Position numbers and translations under genes: made by a program. From Nageia nagi (lineage: Eukaryota > Plantae > Pinophyta): DNA of 64,000 nt. Positions 23,801 to 38,800 of the stretch are shown piece by piece. The notes beneath the pieces are model-generated. The model was not told where the DNA came from and made no database searches. It worked only from the letters and a program-made list of their open reading frames with translations. How positions within the stretch are numbered: the first letter of the stretch is position 1; each line of letters opens with the position of its first letter. The DNA lies in the NCBI GenBank assembly GCA_050084985.1, contig JBITNC010000001.1, positions 191,456,001-191,520,000 on the forward strand. The letters run 5' to 3'.

Positions 23801-26800
23801 ATCCTTGTTTTTTCAATGGGTGTCAACCTAAGTACTAATTATTTGGTGGCTATTCTCTTCAAACTAGAGAAATTGAGGTGTTCAAACCTCAAATGCAATA
23901 ACCAACTTGAATCTTCCATGGCTACTTGGCATAAACTAATTCCACCACTCCCCGACCTCAAAGGAAAAGTTCTACTTTTGTTCCTAGGAACCATTGTCAC
24001 AATTGTTGCCATGTTTCAAGTGAATCACGCAACCTTCCCAAGCTCATCCTTTCTAAAGGTGATCTCATACTTATATTCTGCAAGCTATCCCACACTACAA
24101 AAATTATACTTCATGTTTGGAGTATAGTATGTCCCAATAATTTTCTTCTTACATTGAGAATTTCATAACTCCTTTTCCATGCACATCAAATGTCATCTTG
24201 TCACCAATCTTGAACTTGCTCCTGTTGTGCCCGCACAACACACACCCCAAAATATAAGATTTTGGGGACCCTAGTTTTGCAAATCTGGAGACCCACTTTT
24301 TGAGCAAGACAATGAAAGGAGTCAACCTAGATGATATAGAATGTTCTGAAAGAGATGATACCACTAGAGACGGTGCACAAAGGCTATCCACGGGATGCTA
24401 TAGGACAATTCAATGTGCCAGACTATTAGTTTTAGAGCTTTCAGGATTCATAACTACAAAGAATGGCATTTCTAAGCAGTGAGCACAATTTTTGAAGATT
24501 GGGCAAGTGCAAAATGGGAAATTAAGTACCTTTACTCTTGAAAATGGTCAAGGGATGAAAAAATACACATATTGAAGATATAAGATGGGATTTCATGGCA
24601 AATTCAAAGTTTGGCAACACAAGGTTATAGAAAAGACAAAATGAGTCGCACTTGGGCTTGGAATAACTCAATTTGGATCAAAGATGTTTCCTAGGGAAGC
24701 AAATGAAGATTTTGGAGACTTAATGGTTTTAAGAGAGATAAAATGGTGCTCACATGAAAAAGATAAAGTTTTTTACAAGTTTTATGGAAAATTTGAACTT
24801 CAAAAGAGCTTGAAAAAAGAGTAAAATTCAAACTTGGAAGTTTTCAAAATAGAGCAAAACTGCACACTTGGCGTATACGCATTGATTTTCTATATTTTCT
24901 CCTCAAAATTGGAAAATGAGCACCTTGCATGCAAAAAATGTCAAAATTTTGATAAAGATTCTAAGACATGGGTATTAGAGAGCTTGCAAAATCATGCATT
25001 TTTGCTCAAGGAAGTAACCAAATTGGATCAAACCTCACTCTTAGGCACACATTTTCAAGATTTTTAAATTTCCTAAGCAATAGAAAAAAAGAGTAAACCT
25101 GCCCTAGCTAGAATGAGGTCCAAATTTGCTCAAAATGACAAATTTCAAGCATGAGGAGGTGGACAATGCAATTCTACATCAAAATGATCTTTGGAGCACT
25201 CAAATTGGACAAGTTTAACACCTCCAAATCATGGGATCACATCCCTAGGCATGGAAAAAATAGAAAAAAGAGTAAATTAGAGTCTAAGGGAGGAGTGCAT
25301 CAAAAATTCTCAAAATATATATTTGCAATTTGAATACATGAGCATCAAGACAAGGCAAATTCAAGCATTTGGGACTTGAGAATTTCAAAAAAAGAGCCAA
25401 ATCAAGCAAATGGGAGATAGGCACACATTTTCCAAGTGTATTATATTTTTTCAAGCAAGAGAAAACACGAAAAACCCACACCTAGCCAAAAGGAGGTCTA
25501 AAAAGTGTCAAAATTGCAATTTTCAAGCATGATGAGAAGGGTAATGGAATTCTACACAAGATTAGTCTTTGAAAAATTCAAATTAGACAAGTATGGCCCC
25601 TTCAAACCATGGAACACATCCCTAGGCATCGAAAAAATAGAAAAAAAAAGAGAGAGAAAACCCATGCCTAGCATGCTTGTGCAAGAGAAATTTCTCAAAT
25701 TTCCAAGTTGGCAAAGCAAGAAACTAAAACATAGGTATTGTAGAGCATCCAAAACTAAGCAAATTTGCTCTTGAGACTTTCCAAAATGGTCCCCCTCCAA
25801 GGTAGGTGCTGTTTTTCTATATTTTCCCTTGCAAAAACACCCAAAAACCTTATCTAGTATGCAAAATAGCATTTTTCAAAATTGAAATTTGAAAACATGA
25901 GCATGAGCACATTGCAAATTCTACCATCTTGACAAAAGGAAAATCCAAAAAAGCCAAAATTGCTACCTCTCACACCTAGGCGCATGTTTTCTATGTTTTC
26001 TATTTTTTCTCATTTTGCAAAGTGATGTAAAAACCTAATGGAGCCTCCAAAATGCCCCCTCAAGAAGAAAATGAGCAAATCCAATGCCTAGAATCTCCCA
26101 ATCCTCTCAAAACTTGACAAATACCTTATAAATACATCCTTCACCCATCCATGGCCTCAAAATCACATTTTGAATTTTTTCCAAAATCAACTCCACCCTC
26201 ATATTTTTCCAAAAAAATAGACCAAAAAATCCACTTTTTCATAAGATCTTCTCAAAATTGCTCCAAAATTTGCCAGAAAAATCACATGAAGGGCAAATCC
26301 AAATTAAAATAAAGAAGAAGCTCAAAAGATCGACGAATGAATCCAAAATGATGATTTGAAGCTCCAAATTTTGCCAAATTGATGTAAAACGCCTCAAGAT
26401 TTGTGCCAAAGGGCATCAATTTTTGTAAATAGTTTGTTTCAAAGCATATTTAGTGGAATGAGTATTTCTCTCCCACTAAACGAAATTGTAATCTCAATTT
26501 AGCATTCAAATTAGCATTTTACATTTTTTTGAAAAATCCCCAAAATGCCTATAAATAAGAGGCATGGGGTCTCATTTGAGTCGGAGCTCATTTTGTGAGA
26601 AAAAGTGAAACTTTTGTAAAAGAGAAGCAAATTGATGTATTTCTACGTAACTCTTTTATAAGCTATATACAAAGTGGTTAGGGCAAAGATCGAACTTGAT
26701 TATTCATTTGTGGTGTTGAGAATTGAACCTTAAGGATTATCTTCATTGGTTTGACACTTCTTCATCCTTCCTTTGAACACACACGCATTTTAGGGAAAAT

Positions 26801-29800
26801 AGCATTGCATTACCTTTCTAAAATGTTTGAAACTAGTCTTGGGTAGTTGTTTAATTCATAACACACATGTTAGATGAGGTTTTCTGAATTTGCTTCCTAT
26901 TTCATGACATCGAACTAGGAATTTCATCCAAACTCTAGTTCTTCCCATGTTCTTCCACCACGTCCATTTGATTGTTCGCAATCAACCACACTTCTTGCTC
27001 CTCTTTGGAACAACTCAAACAATAGTTGTTTGTTTGCAAAGTTGGATGATGAATTGGATGAAATTAACTAAACTGAACCAAAAAGATGAACTCTTAGACA
27101 ATGCTTCGTCGTGGTGATCAATTTGGTATTTGACCAAGCATTTGTTTACGTCTCACAAGTGCAATCTCTCATTTACAGTATTCCCTTTATGCTTTCATCT
27201 ATGCTTTCTAAAACCAAATACGATCTTTGATTTTGTACACAAATATTACAAACTCTATATAAAAAAATGTTAGTTAACGGTTACCATCTCTAAACATTCC
27301 ACTGAAACTGATTCCAAAGAGAGATACTACACGAGAGATATATCACTACGCATTGGATTTTGTACATGCATTGGATTTTGCTTTGGAAGTTACCTACAGA
27401 AGTCAAAGCGTTGACTACGAGTTTCGACAAGAGCCTTGGAGGTAGACAATCCTTTTCAAAATGGGGAATTGGTAACACTTTTTTGACTAAGATGTTAGGA
27501 AGCTCATACCTACGGTGATTCAAAGTTGTCGCAGGAAAGAAATCCTTCCCAACAACTCCTATAAGAAGTGTCCAACTTGGTGAAAAGCGCCTTTCTCATC
27601 ACATAGATGGAACAACACAAGCAAACGTACCACATCTCTTGAGAGATGTTTTTAGAATTATCAACTATCAAAAACACAGATTCATCAACATCTTCATCCA
27701 TTTGATAGATAATGGTTGTTCAATTCCCCTATTTCCTTGTTTCTTTGGCTTTGCAATCCCTTTTGATCCATTAGCTCCATGTTCTTGGCCTTTCCCTTAG
27801 CTCTTGGAACTAAGAATAGTCTCCTTGAAGACACTTGCCTTAGTAGCAAAAGCTTTGTCCAAGCTGACTTTATCCTCCAAGCTCATTTTATATGACAACA
27901 GATCTCCTTGAAGTTCTTCAATTTGGTAGTCTTTGGTGTGTTCAAACACTTGTGTGAGTTGGCAAACCTTGGGAAGAAGTGACCTCAATAATTTTTTTGC
28001 AAATAATTGCATCATCCAATTTTTCTCCATTAATGACCATCTTCTCAAAACATTCACAATTCTTGTAGAAAAATCCTCCACTTTTTCTCCTCCATCATCT
28101 TGAGATTCTCAAATACCCTCCTGGAATTTTACAACCTCGTAATCTATTTGACCCACCATAGGAATCCTCTAAAGTTTTCCAAGCTACATTTTCAATCCCT
28201 ATGGTTGCCACAAGATGAAAATTGGATACATCCAAAGCTAAAAGGATGTGGTATAGTGTCTCAAAATTCTTTTTCTTCCAATCCTTTGAAGGAACATATT
28301 GGTTTGCCACACTTTTTCACAACCCCATGTACCTCAATAGAATCTACATTTCATGCTCCAATAACCATAGTCTTCATCATTAAACTCAGGAAGAGGATGG
28401 TTTAAGTTGCCTTTGTGCTCTGTCATTATACCTCATATATGATAAAGAGAGACTCTTCAAACTTGTTTTTGGTTAGAAAAATAAATTTCTCTCATCGTAC
28501 ATTCCATTTGTCTCTGATTTAATTTTGCTAACTCAAATTGCACTTATTGGTTTCGTAAATTACTTTTAAATAAGAATTTCAGACCTAGCCAAAATGATAG
28601 CAAACCAAATGAGCACACCTCACATAGAGACTAACACAGAGGAATAAGGACAAACCAAATTTTGGCACTACAATGGAGTCTTGTATTGCTCTCAAATCAG
28701 TACATATAATCCCAAAAACATATTGATATACACAACAACACCAACACACAAAAATGAAGAAACAAATATGCAATATATTACATTTTGGATATGACCCTTA
28801 AGTTTCCCATGTCAATTGGATTCTTATGGAATTTTCATAACTCCCACATGTCTCTTGATTTGCTTGAAGCTCAAAAGACATTAACTTTTTATTTTATTTA
28901 TTTCCCTTAGTCATATCTCCCTTCAAGATTGAATCATCTATGCCTCTCGACTCTACAATGACCCCAACCAACCCCCATCCACTGTCATCTCTCGACCTCC
29001 CTCCCCAGACTTCTTCTCCCCCCACATTATTGACTGAACAATTTAAAAACCTAGCTTTGGTAAGGTCATAAACATTGATAACTTCCAAGCAAAAATCCTT
29101 AAATATGTTAGTTGTACTCTCCCCCTTCCTTTCTAGCCTCTCTAACAAAGTTATTTGTTCTAGTTTTTCCATCTGTTGGACCTCAAACATCATCTACCCC
29201 ATCTTGAAATATAGTGACTCAAATGAATCGAGCAATTATCACACCATTATGATCGGTCACACTCTAGCCAAGCTCTATGCCACCATTATTGAGGACTATA
29301 TATCACAGATTGCAGATGACACAGGCTTCAAAGTAGGTGGACAAGCAAGTTTCTACAAAGATTATCTTACCTCCAAGCACATCCTTATCTTGTGAGCAAT
29401 CATTGAGGAGGCCAAGTTCTAAAAGTCCTTGATCTTTGTTTTTTCGTGGACATCAAGAAGGCCTTTGACATAATTCTCTGATTTTCCCAAGTTTCCTTAT
29501 TCCAAATTATTAGCCAATTATGCAACAAATTAGGAAATGAGCAAGAAATGAGGAAACAATGCCAAAAATACCTCAACGCACGAGCAAAAGATGAGAACAA
29601 ATGCCAACGTCTCAAACTATATTAATGATGGAGCAGGTACAGTGCAAGATGGCCCAATAGGGTTGATGTCTAGCTCAAAGGACTAGATCTAGGGCATAAT
29701 AACTAACAAGCACCAAGAAAGTTGATGTCACATTGCTAAGGCCTTCAACCCCCGGATCTGAGATGCAAAACTGAATTGACTAAGGGTTTCCATCCTTATA

Positions 29801-32800
29801 CAAGATCTAGTGAGGGCTACATCCCACTAAACCCTTCCCTTGCTAGGTTTTTGTCCAACAAGAGGCCTAAGAGATGGCGATGCCACACTCCGAAGATAGA
29901 AGATGTCAAATATGCTCAATGATGTCCTCTCAATCTTGCGCTAGGTAAATATATAGGAATCCCTCAAGGTTTGGGCGCCTACACACCCACCAAGGAGACA
30001 TCATCTTGGGCATCCCACCTCATGCCTCGTTTCACACCAAACCATGCGTTCACCCTCTAATCATGCGTTGGGCCTTAGGATCCCCACAATGACATTTAAA
30101 TGATCTATACTATCTAAAGGATGGAGACATCCCACATTAGGGCTCACAATTGGTCCGTTGGACCCATAAGTCTCCTATCTCGAGGTTACAATCATGCCTA
30201 CAATACATTAAACACTACTAACTACCAAATCACACCTGAAAAGGAACGGTTAATAAAAGGGAACATCACAAATTCCTTGTCATCAACTTATGGTCAAAGT
30301 TTAGAGCCTAGGGATCTCAAAGATTGATCTTACAACCATCTTGACTCTATACAAGACATTATCAAGTCAAGTTTGTAGCCTAGAGAGTCTCTCAGATATC
30401 ATTCGCAACACTATTGGGGTGAAACAAAGATGCCCACTCACCTTGACCCTTTTTGGACTTTGTATTAATGAGTTGGAATCCTTCATATTAGACACCACTG
30501 GTTCAAAGACAAGTTGCCTCCTCCATGGTAGTCACATCCCCATTCTCCTATTTGTCAATGACATTGTTCTTCTTTCACATACAATAGAGGGGCTTCAGTG
30601 CTTGATGAATGCCTTTGACTTTTTCAATGACTAACTAGAGTTAGTCATGAATCTCTACAAAACTAATGTCCTAGCCTTTAATGTATTTAAGCACACGATT
30701 GACCACATCTAGATCACCTACCAAGACAAGCTTATTGAGACTACCACCTCCAACACTTACTTGGGAGTACTCTTCTCTGGTCTCAAATTCTCAATGAAAG
30801 CAACAACCCCACCTAGAGTACGTAGAGGATTCGTAACAATCTCCTTCCTTGAGAAGCAATGCATGCGACTACATTTCCAAGACATCTCATCCAAGATTCA
30901 ATTATTCCATACCCTTGTCACCCCTACAATATTGTATGGTGTTGATTTATGGAGCTCAAACTTGAGGGCAATAGATTGAGCTACGATATAAAGGATCTCG
31001 GTAAATACATTATCCCGATCCATTCGAGGTAAGAGGATTGTTCCCCACCACATCATACTCACAAAGCTCAACTGCTAGCATCTTCAAGTGTGGGCCCTTG
31101 CAACTCTAGTTCTTTTCCTTTGACACCATTGTGGGCTTACAATTCCAGGTAACAAGGCTGACAAGCTCCCTGCCAAGGCCTTGGCCTCATCGATGGAGTC
31201 AACAACATAGGGTTTCCACTGGTGTTGGTTCATTGAGCTCTTTGATGCATTATAGCGATTAGGCTTTTCACATGATTGGCTATCGACCCTGTATCCTATG
31301 CGGGTTCATCTACATCCCCTGACAACTTTTGACATCGATCCATGAGACAATTTACAGAGCATATATCCAAAGCACTTGGGTCACTCCTTACCAAACCCTA
31401 ATGCCCAAGTTACTCCACTACTCACATCACTTCATTCAAATCGACAAAGGGTTGATTCTCGCACCCACATATATCAATTTGCACCTATCTCTTGAGGAAG
31501 TTTCTTGGTTAGTTTCGTAGTTGCTCACACCAACTATGGATTCAGACAAATCACCATCCAACTTGCGATCTTAGAGTCTGTTGCCTATGCTCAATAGAAA
31601 CTGAACTTAGGACCATTTCATCTTTCAATGTTCAGTTTATTACAAGATTCCAGGACAGTACCAATGTTTCTTTCAAGACTCACGAATTGATTTGCTCCTT
31701 TCAGTATTCAAACCATAGATGTGTGGCACTTTACCTGCAGAAGGCTTTCCTTCTTTGGAAACACTTCTTATCTCACACCCAACACCCGATCAAAGGCCAT
31801 TACATTACATCCTTCTTCCAAACTTCCTTGGATGAGGGGTCCTGTAGGAGTGCAAGAGATCACCCTCCCCCCTATTCGATGCACCAAGAGGTGCCCACAT
31901 GATATCCATATCCCTTCGAGAACTCGACAAATTATATCCTTCTTCAGAGTTGATATGAGCTCATATTCAAGAGAATAAGGAGATCCCATCACAGCAATAC
32001 CATTGAGAGCGTCTTCACATTCTCCCTTAGCTCGTCCACAAGTAGACTCTTCTTGATTGGCCTCAATGATATAGGGCTCGTTTTTATTCTCTTCTTACTT
32101 CTAAGGTTTCGACCCCTCATTTTATCTTTTAGTTGGTTTTAGTTTTAGTGGGGACCATCTTAAGCCTTGATTGCTACTTTACCACTCTAGTATACTCCAA
32201 TCCCATTGACCACTTTTGGTCACCCGTGTGCATTAATATATTTACTTTCTTTTTTTCCTCATCTATTATTTGAATAAGAAATAGATATGTTAATATTTTC
32301 ATGTAGTCAACTCTTCAAGTCATGCCAAAAACAATGGTGCGACGCGTGGAGAACAATATAATCCTCATGGATCAAGGAAAAAAAGACATGTCCAATACAA
32401 ACACAAGCAATCTTATTAAAGAGACTATAAGTTCACAACATGTAAGAGGATATTGCATGTAGAACTATATTCTGATTTAACTAGAGACTTGGAACAATAT
32501 AGGTTTTGTACAAGGTGATAAACCTAGGTGCTAATTAACTAGAATTCAAAAATTGGAAAATATCAAAGATTTCCAGATCCAAAAAAAAATCCCTATAAAA
32601 CCAAAGTATCCTCCTAGTTAAAATGGAATTAAATGTTTTTCAAAGTTCACCCTTTCATGAATTCAAGGGCTAGTTATGAAAAGAAAGACGCATAGTTAAT
32701 TCACAGGAGTAAAGTCCACTTGTTAAATCAGCATTTGTTTTCCTTTAGTTTCAAAGGCCCAAAAAATAATAGAAACTGTTTTTTTTTTTTAATAATAGGT

Positions 32801-35800
32801 ACTTACATAGTGGATTAGTTTTAAAATTGCACTTTTATTGGAAAACGTGATTGTGTGATAATCTTTTGAAAAAGCAGTTTCTTTTATTAATCATGTCGGG
32901 ATTTAACATTTTGTTGATGTGTCTACTGATAGGAATATTTACGATGTGTGCATTAAGGAATTGCTTTATATCAAAAAATTCAAATGAATGTGAAAAGAGC
33001 ATTTCAGTGTTTCATCTCATATTTTTACACCGGTGCCTCAAATGGATAGGAGATTGTTTTTTGAAAAAAAAAGATGAGTAGAAAATACTTACTGGTGGCA
33101 TCAGCTCAACAGGACCTTGTAGAATGTATAAGCGTGAAGAACTGCTTCCAGAAAACCAAAATAGTTTGATTACCAAAAAACATGGCACTTTGATTGTGAT
33201 TTAATGTTCATAGAAAAGGATGCCAAATGACTTACTGCTTCCAAACAAGCAAACCTTTAAAGATTCAAACAAGAAATTCCTGCATTATGTTTAATGTTCA
33301 CATAAATGGATGTAAAATGGCATACCAGCCAAAGCGAATAACATCTCCTACATGCAACTGTTGATAAACCTTTGGTCCTACCTGTGTGAAATTCAGAAGC
33401 ATCATGAAAATTAAATCATTCTTATAATGAACATTAGAAAAAATACTGCAAATGTATTCATACTTGATGGCATCAAAACTCTGTACAAGATATTCATTTT
33501 CTCACATATTTTTGTGACAATATAATAGATGACAGAGACAACACAAGAAATCACCAGCACAACTATAAATGAAAATAGAAACGTCACACTATTCTCTTTT
33601 ATATTCTGTATTGAAGATTATAGAAGGATCTCGACCACTAGAACCACAGGTACATCTGCACCACTCAATATCTTATACCTATGGAATTTCATATATCATT
33701 ACTGAAAGATGCTCAACAGAAACAACTTATAGTGTTAGCCAAAAAGTCTCTCTCCCATTTACAAGTAAACTGTGTAAATAAAACCACAACATAAATTGCT
33801 TTGGGACTATTTCACTGTCTAAGTGCACTGCATTGATTATATCCAATAACCTTCTTGCCTTGACCTATATCTTTGAATTGACATGCCCTTTCTTTTTGGC
33901 TCCATCTGGCCTTGAAAAACACCAAAGAAGACATCATATATGAAAACGAAGGCTACAAATGTCACTCTTTTTGAGAGATGATGTGGAATAAAGACAAGAA
34001 ATAAGAGCATTAAGTGTTTTATCGATATAAAAATATCAGCACAAAAAGATGATAATTACCATCTTAACTTTTCTGAAAATACTTTGTACTCAAAGAACAA
34101 CGAGAACATAATCTTTACCAATGATAACTAGTTTTCCCTGGAACCTTCTTCCTTGGATAGATTCCTACACTAGATTAAGTACTTTTTTGTTCTTCTGGAA
34201 CATAAACCCTTCATATGCATATTTCACATGGTCAACAAAACAACAACTCAAAACCTAAAAGCTTTTACCGATGTCTAATGAATTCTGCTTATAAGGTTCG
34301 AGACAACTAACCCTTTAAGCCATTTATTTTCCTTACAAGAAGAAAAACTAACCCCTCCAATGATTTGGTTACAAGCCCCAGTTGATCATCAAGCTGCAGA
34401 CAATAATGATGAACTCGTAGTGATATCTATTTCAACATGTTTGCATAATTCTTTTAGGAAATCTCTAGCGACAATATCATGGTAAACTAGAGCTACTACG
34501 AATATCTTAATTAACATATCTGATAAGTGCAGAGAACTATCAATATGGAGGTGTCTATTTGTTATTTATTGAATTAAATATTATTTAAAATTAATATATT
34601 TACATCTACGGACACAAAACCCTCAAAACCCCTACCCCAGAGATCAAAGATTAAGCTGCTCAGCATAAGCAGATTTAATCATGTATGGAAATGAATTTGA
34701 CCCCTTATGCACATAAAATGAGAATGCAGCTGCTTACGCAGACAAACACCACAAATATACTATCTTGTGAATTGGATAATGATAGACCATCCATGAAACC
34801 CACGGAAACTTCTTACTTTTGCTTCAATGCATGCAACATATTAAGCAATCCAAGATAGACAGTATTGAGTATTCTCTTTAGCACATCTAGCAAATATTGC
34901 ATTTGTCTTACATTGTAATGGATCTTGAAGACTCCAGAGCAACCAGAAATATTGATATCAAATATTAAGTCTTCCCATTCCATTTAATTTGTTTAGAAGG
35001 GGTCTTTAGTTGAAGATAATATTTGAGGTTTTCATGACTGCTCTCCACCAAAAATATGTATCTCATTCTAAATCAATGTTTTTAGAGAAATCAAATCTGG
35101 CTTGAACCAAGGTTGGCAATAAAGCTCCTGTTAATGTTGGAATTTTATTTTGCTAAATCTGTCCATAAAGACAATTCTTTCTTCAAGAAGTTTGTCCAAT
35201 GTGTTGTGATCTGAGCATTATGTTCAATATTCTTCTAAACCTAGGAACCCTCATAACTTTTTAATATTTTTAAAGTTGTCTACCTCAGTAACTTCTCATT
35301 CTTTAACGAATTGACCTTAACTCCTTATGCTTGAATGATAGGACCCACTTATTCAATTTCTACTTTCCAGAAACAAAATTCACTTTTTGGCAACAAAGTT
35401 ATTCTGAGTTAAGATGGAAAGCAACTCAATCAACATGGGAAAGGTGGACTCTCCTAGTCTATTTCAAATGAAAATGTAGTAAAAGAAAGCCAATACATAC
35501 TTCCTCAAAAATGTATGGAAACTATTAGTCATCAAGGCTTCTAAAATCTCACAAGTGTATTAGTCCAATGCAAAAGACATCTACAACTAATAATGAACTT
35601 TGAAAATTCAGAATGCGATCATCAAGATATTTTTTGATTAACTGCAAATATGGCATTATTGATTATTCTGAGCAGAAATTGTAACATCCCCTTTTGAACA
35701 AAATTAAGTAAATTTGGGATCCTAGGTGTTCCCTTTGTAAATATTTTGTTTTTGCATTATTAGTTACTTGGGATAGAAAAGTAATGGTCCATTGGACCCA

Positions 35801-38800
35801 CATTGTGAGCCCCAAAATGGGATGTTTTCCTTCCAAACATAGGATTAGTTGTTTTATTGTTTATCTATGCACTTGGAGATCCTAAAGATGATTGTGGGAA
35901 TCCCAAATCTTGTATGACACCTAGGATGGCATGTGGGCATGGATGGTCACCTATAATGCCAACGTTGGACTTGGAGAGCATTATTACACTTGTACACCTT
36001 TGCCACCCTTGGGGAGACTCCTAGACCCCCACATTGGTACATGATGACATGTAATTAATATTTGGAGTCTCTAGAAGGCCACGTAGAGCATGTATGACAC
36101 CAAAGCACCCACGTTGAGCATACATGACACCAAGGCACCCATGTTGAGCATTCATGACACCTAGACATCCACGTTGGAGATTTTGAGGCCTCTAGGAGGC
36201 TAACAATGGGCATGCATGATTCCTAGGCGTCTTGGGGAACACATCCACCCCACATCTAGCATTTGGGAGCCTCTAGGAGGCTAACATTGGATTTGGAGGA
36301 TGAGTAATGACTTCTAGGTGAGATCCAGATTTAAGGAATGTTATATAAGGCATTGGAGCATCATTGCAGAGATATGTTGATTTTGATATAGAAACCCCTT
36401 CTGCTCTTCGGAGTTATCAAAGACTTGGCAGCGTCCAGCACCCTTGGGTGTGTAGACCAGGGAGAGTATAGGAGGCTTGGAACACCTTCTAACTAGCGGT
36501 TGAGGTTATTGTTCGTGCTATGAAATTGCCCTACCTTGAGGCGTCCATAGCAGTCAGCATCTTTGAATCCATCTAGTGGCATTCCGAAATTGCACTTGTT
36601 CTCTTCTCCAGGAGCTAGCATGTGAGGAAGCCCTTCAATGAGGCATCTATAGATCTGGTAGAGTGTGATTGTTCTGCAAAATATCTTCATCAATGGTTCG
36701 ATTTGCACATTGGTGTGCCCTAGTTGGCTCCTTGGAGGCAAACGTTGAGCCCTTGTGGGCCTAGTAGTGCTTGTACTTATCATTAATGAAGCATTGGCAC
36801 CCTTGCTTTCCCATTCTTGTCTCATATTTATGTGTGTTTGATGCAATATTACTTCCTTGAGTGTGACATTGGGTAATTGAGGTGTTTTCTGGCTAGAGTG
36901 AGTCATTGGGATTTCTGGCATATTTATTTGCATGTTTGATGACCTAGATCAGTTCGAGGCATGTGTAGGAGCATAATTTGATATTCATTGTTTATTGTTT
37001 GGCTGATACTTGCATGGGAGAATTATTTGGGATTTAACAGAAATAGAACATGAGAAAGTACTTCACAGTTCACACCACACAGGCTGTATCATGTTTCAGT
37101 ATACTAAGCCAGTCTGTGCAATGTGTAGCTTTGAATTAATATGCACGTGCATGCTTACTCCTTTCAGATATAAAAGCACTAGTAGTAAAAGGTATCATAA
37201 TAGTCGGAGTTTCTTTTGAATAAAGAATTGAAGTATTTTGACAGAACTTGCATATCCATGAAGCAACGTAGTGGATAAAAAAATAATCCTAACAATCGAT
37301 CCAATACTTCTGTCATACTAACTACAAGTACCTCTAAACAAAGTCACAGTTAATTCCACTATAAAGTAACAGGAAAAGATTAATTGACTTAAGTACAATT
37401 TATACTTTATAGCACATATATAGGAACCATAATTGACAGTACTATTTAGTATTTACTATAAACCATAACTTTAAAATACAGTGAACTTCTCTCAAAGAAA
37501 TTTGTAGTTTTATCTCTTAGTATTGGCATCAAATGTGTCTTGCAATAGATGAAGTTGCATATAGACTTCATGATGCTCTAAAATTTAGTGAAGAAATTTT
37601 CTACATAAAAAATGAATAAAGAAAATTTTATGCATATAAATCCAACTAATGTATATGGGATAATCTTGCACATATTTTATGCATGCCTCAATTGAATCAA
37701 CATGCTGTTTTGGTTGCTAGAAATGCTTCATCCTTTCAAAGTATATGTTCATAAAAAAACTTTTATAACCAGATAGGTTATTAACAATATGCAGAAGAGT
37801 TAGATAAGTATTGCACATTTTTATATGCAGATTGCTACCTGATTCTTGTTAACAAAAGATCCATGAGTACTTCCAAGATCATAGAGAAATGCATCGCCAT
37901 TTCCTTTGTACTGTAGAACTGAAACAAACAAGTGCAAGATAATCAGACAAAAATCCTTTGCAATACATGAGTTAGTCTAATTTAATATTAACATAACTTT
38001 AGGGACCATAAATAATGCCATTTTCAATTTCTAACAGAACAAGCATAACCAGGATGAGTTGTAGAGGTCAAGCCTCAGGGTCATATGAATAAATATTAAA
38101 ATTATCAACTAAAAAAATAAAACTTTCATCTAGTAAATATCCAATCAGTTTGCAATGTTTTGTAACTCAGTTCAGGATTAAATGTCACTATATATTGGAT
38201 TAATGCTTTTGACTACAGATAGATGTAACCTTTAGCCAAAGTCCATTTGTCAAAAAATGACCACTACAACTAAGAAAAATGCAAGTTTATTCTAGATACC
38301 AGCTTATAAGATATAATACTTTCTCATATTTTCAGTTTTAATCATTCAAACAGTTCAAAAACCAGTGCGCACTATGCACACACAGCAATTCAATCTGATC
38401 TGGAGATTTTGATGGGTAAAGATCAACATTGAAATTGATAACATCATAACACAAAATTTTATCATCGAGTATGCAAATGGGTAGTTAACATGAGAACATG
38501 AGAAAATTTAAACTTTTGAATAAAACAAAAAACTAAACATTCATTACGGCATCAAGTTTCTTCGTTGGTGATGCAACCTAAAATTATGTAACAAGATCGA
38601 GTAGGTAAGTCTACAACAACTGAAGTATGATGACATGCAGTTACAAAGGAACCATAAGTGAAAATCTATTCACATCTAGAAGAAAAAGGAGAACACATCT
38701 TGTCATGCTAAGTTGCCTGAATGAAGTGAATCATGTGTAGCAAACAATGGTTGGCATCTCAATAGCCAATATCACAACTGACATTTGAGGCATGACATAA

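Larger units (their letters stand above)
20780..24222 (-). pseudogene. Copia integrase remnant (split by a solo LTR and a MITE)
   Basis: GAG-pre-integrase WLLHLRFEHLNF, DLYGPM, TSQQNWVVERMN, PFEMLCGRKPKVGHLKVFG. Confidence 0.8.
18901..32317 (-). mobile_element. Decayed Ty1/copia LTR retrotransposon with four nested insertions
   Basis: 3' LTR 18901-19324; 5' LTR ~28518-28900 plus ~32260-32317, split by a LINE; TSD tgtca/agtca; PPT-like AAAGAGGAGAA at ~19325-19335; remnant PBS ctctgat at ~28513; order gag-PR-INT-RT-RNaseH. Confidence 0.9.
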
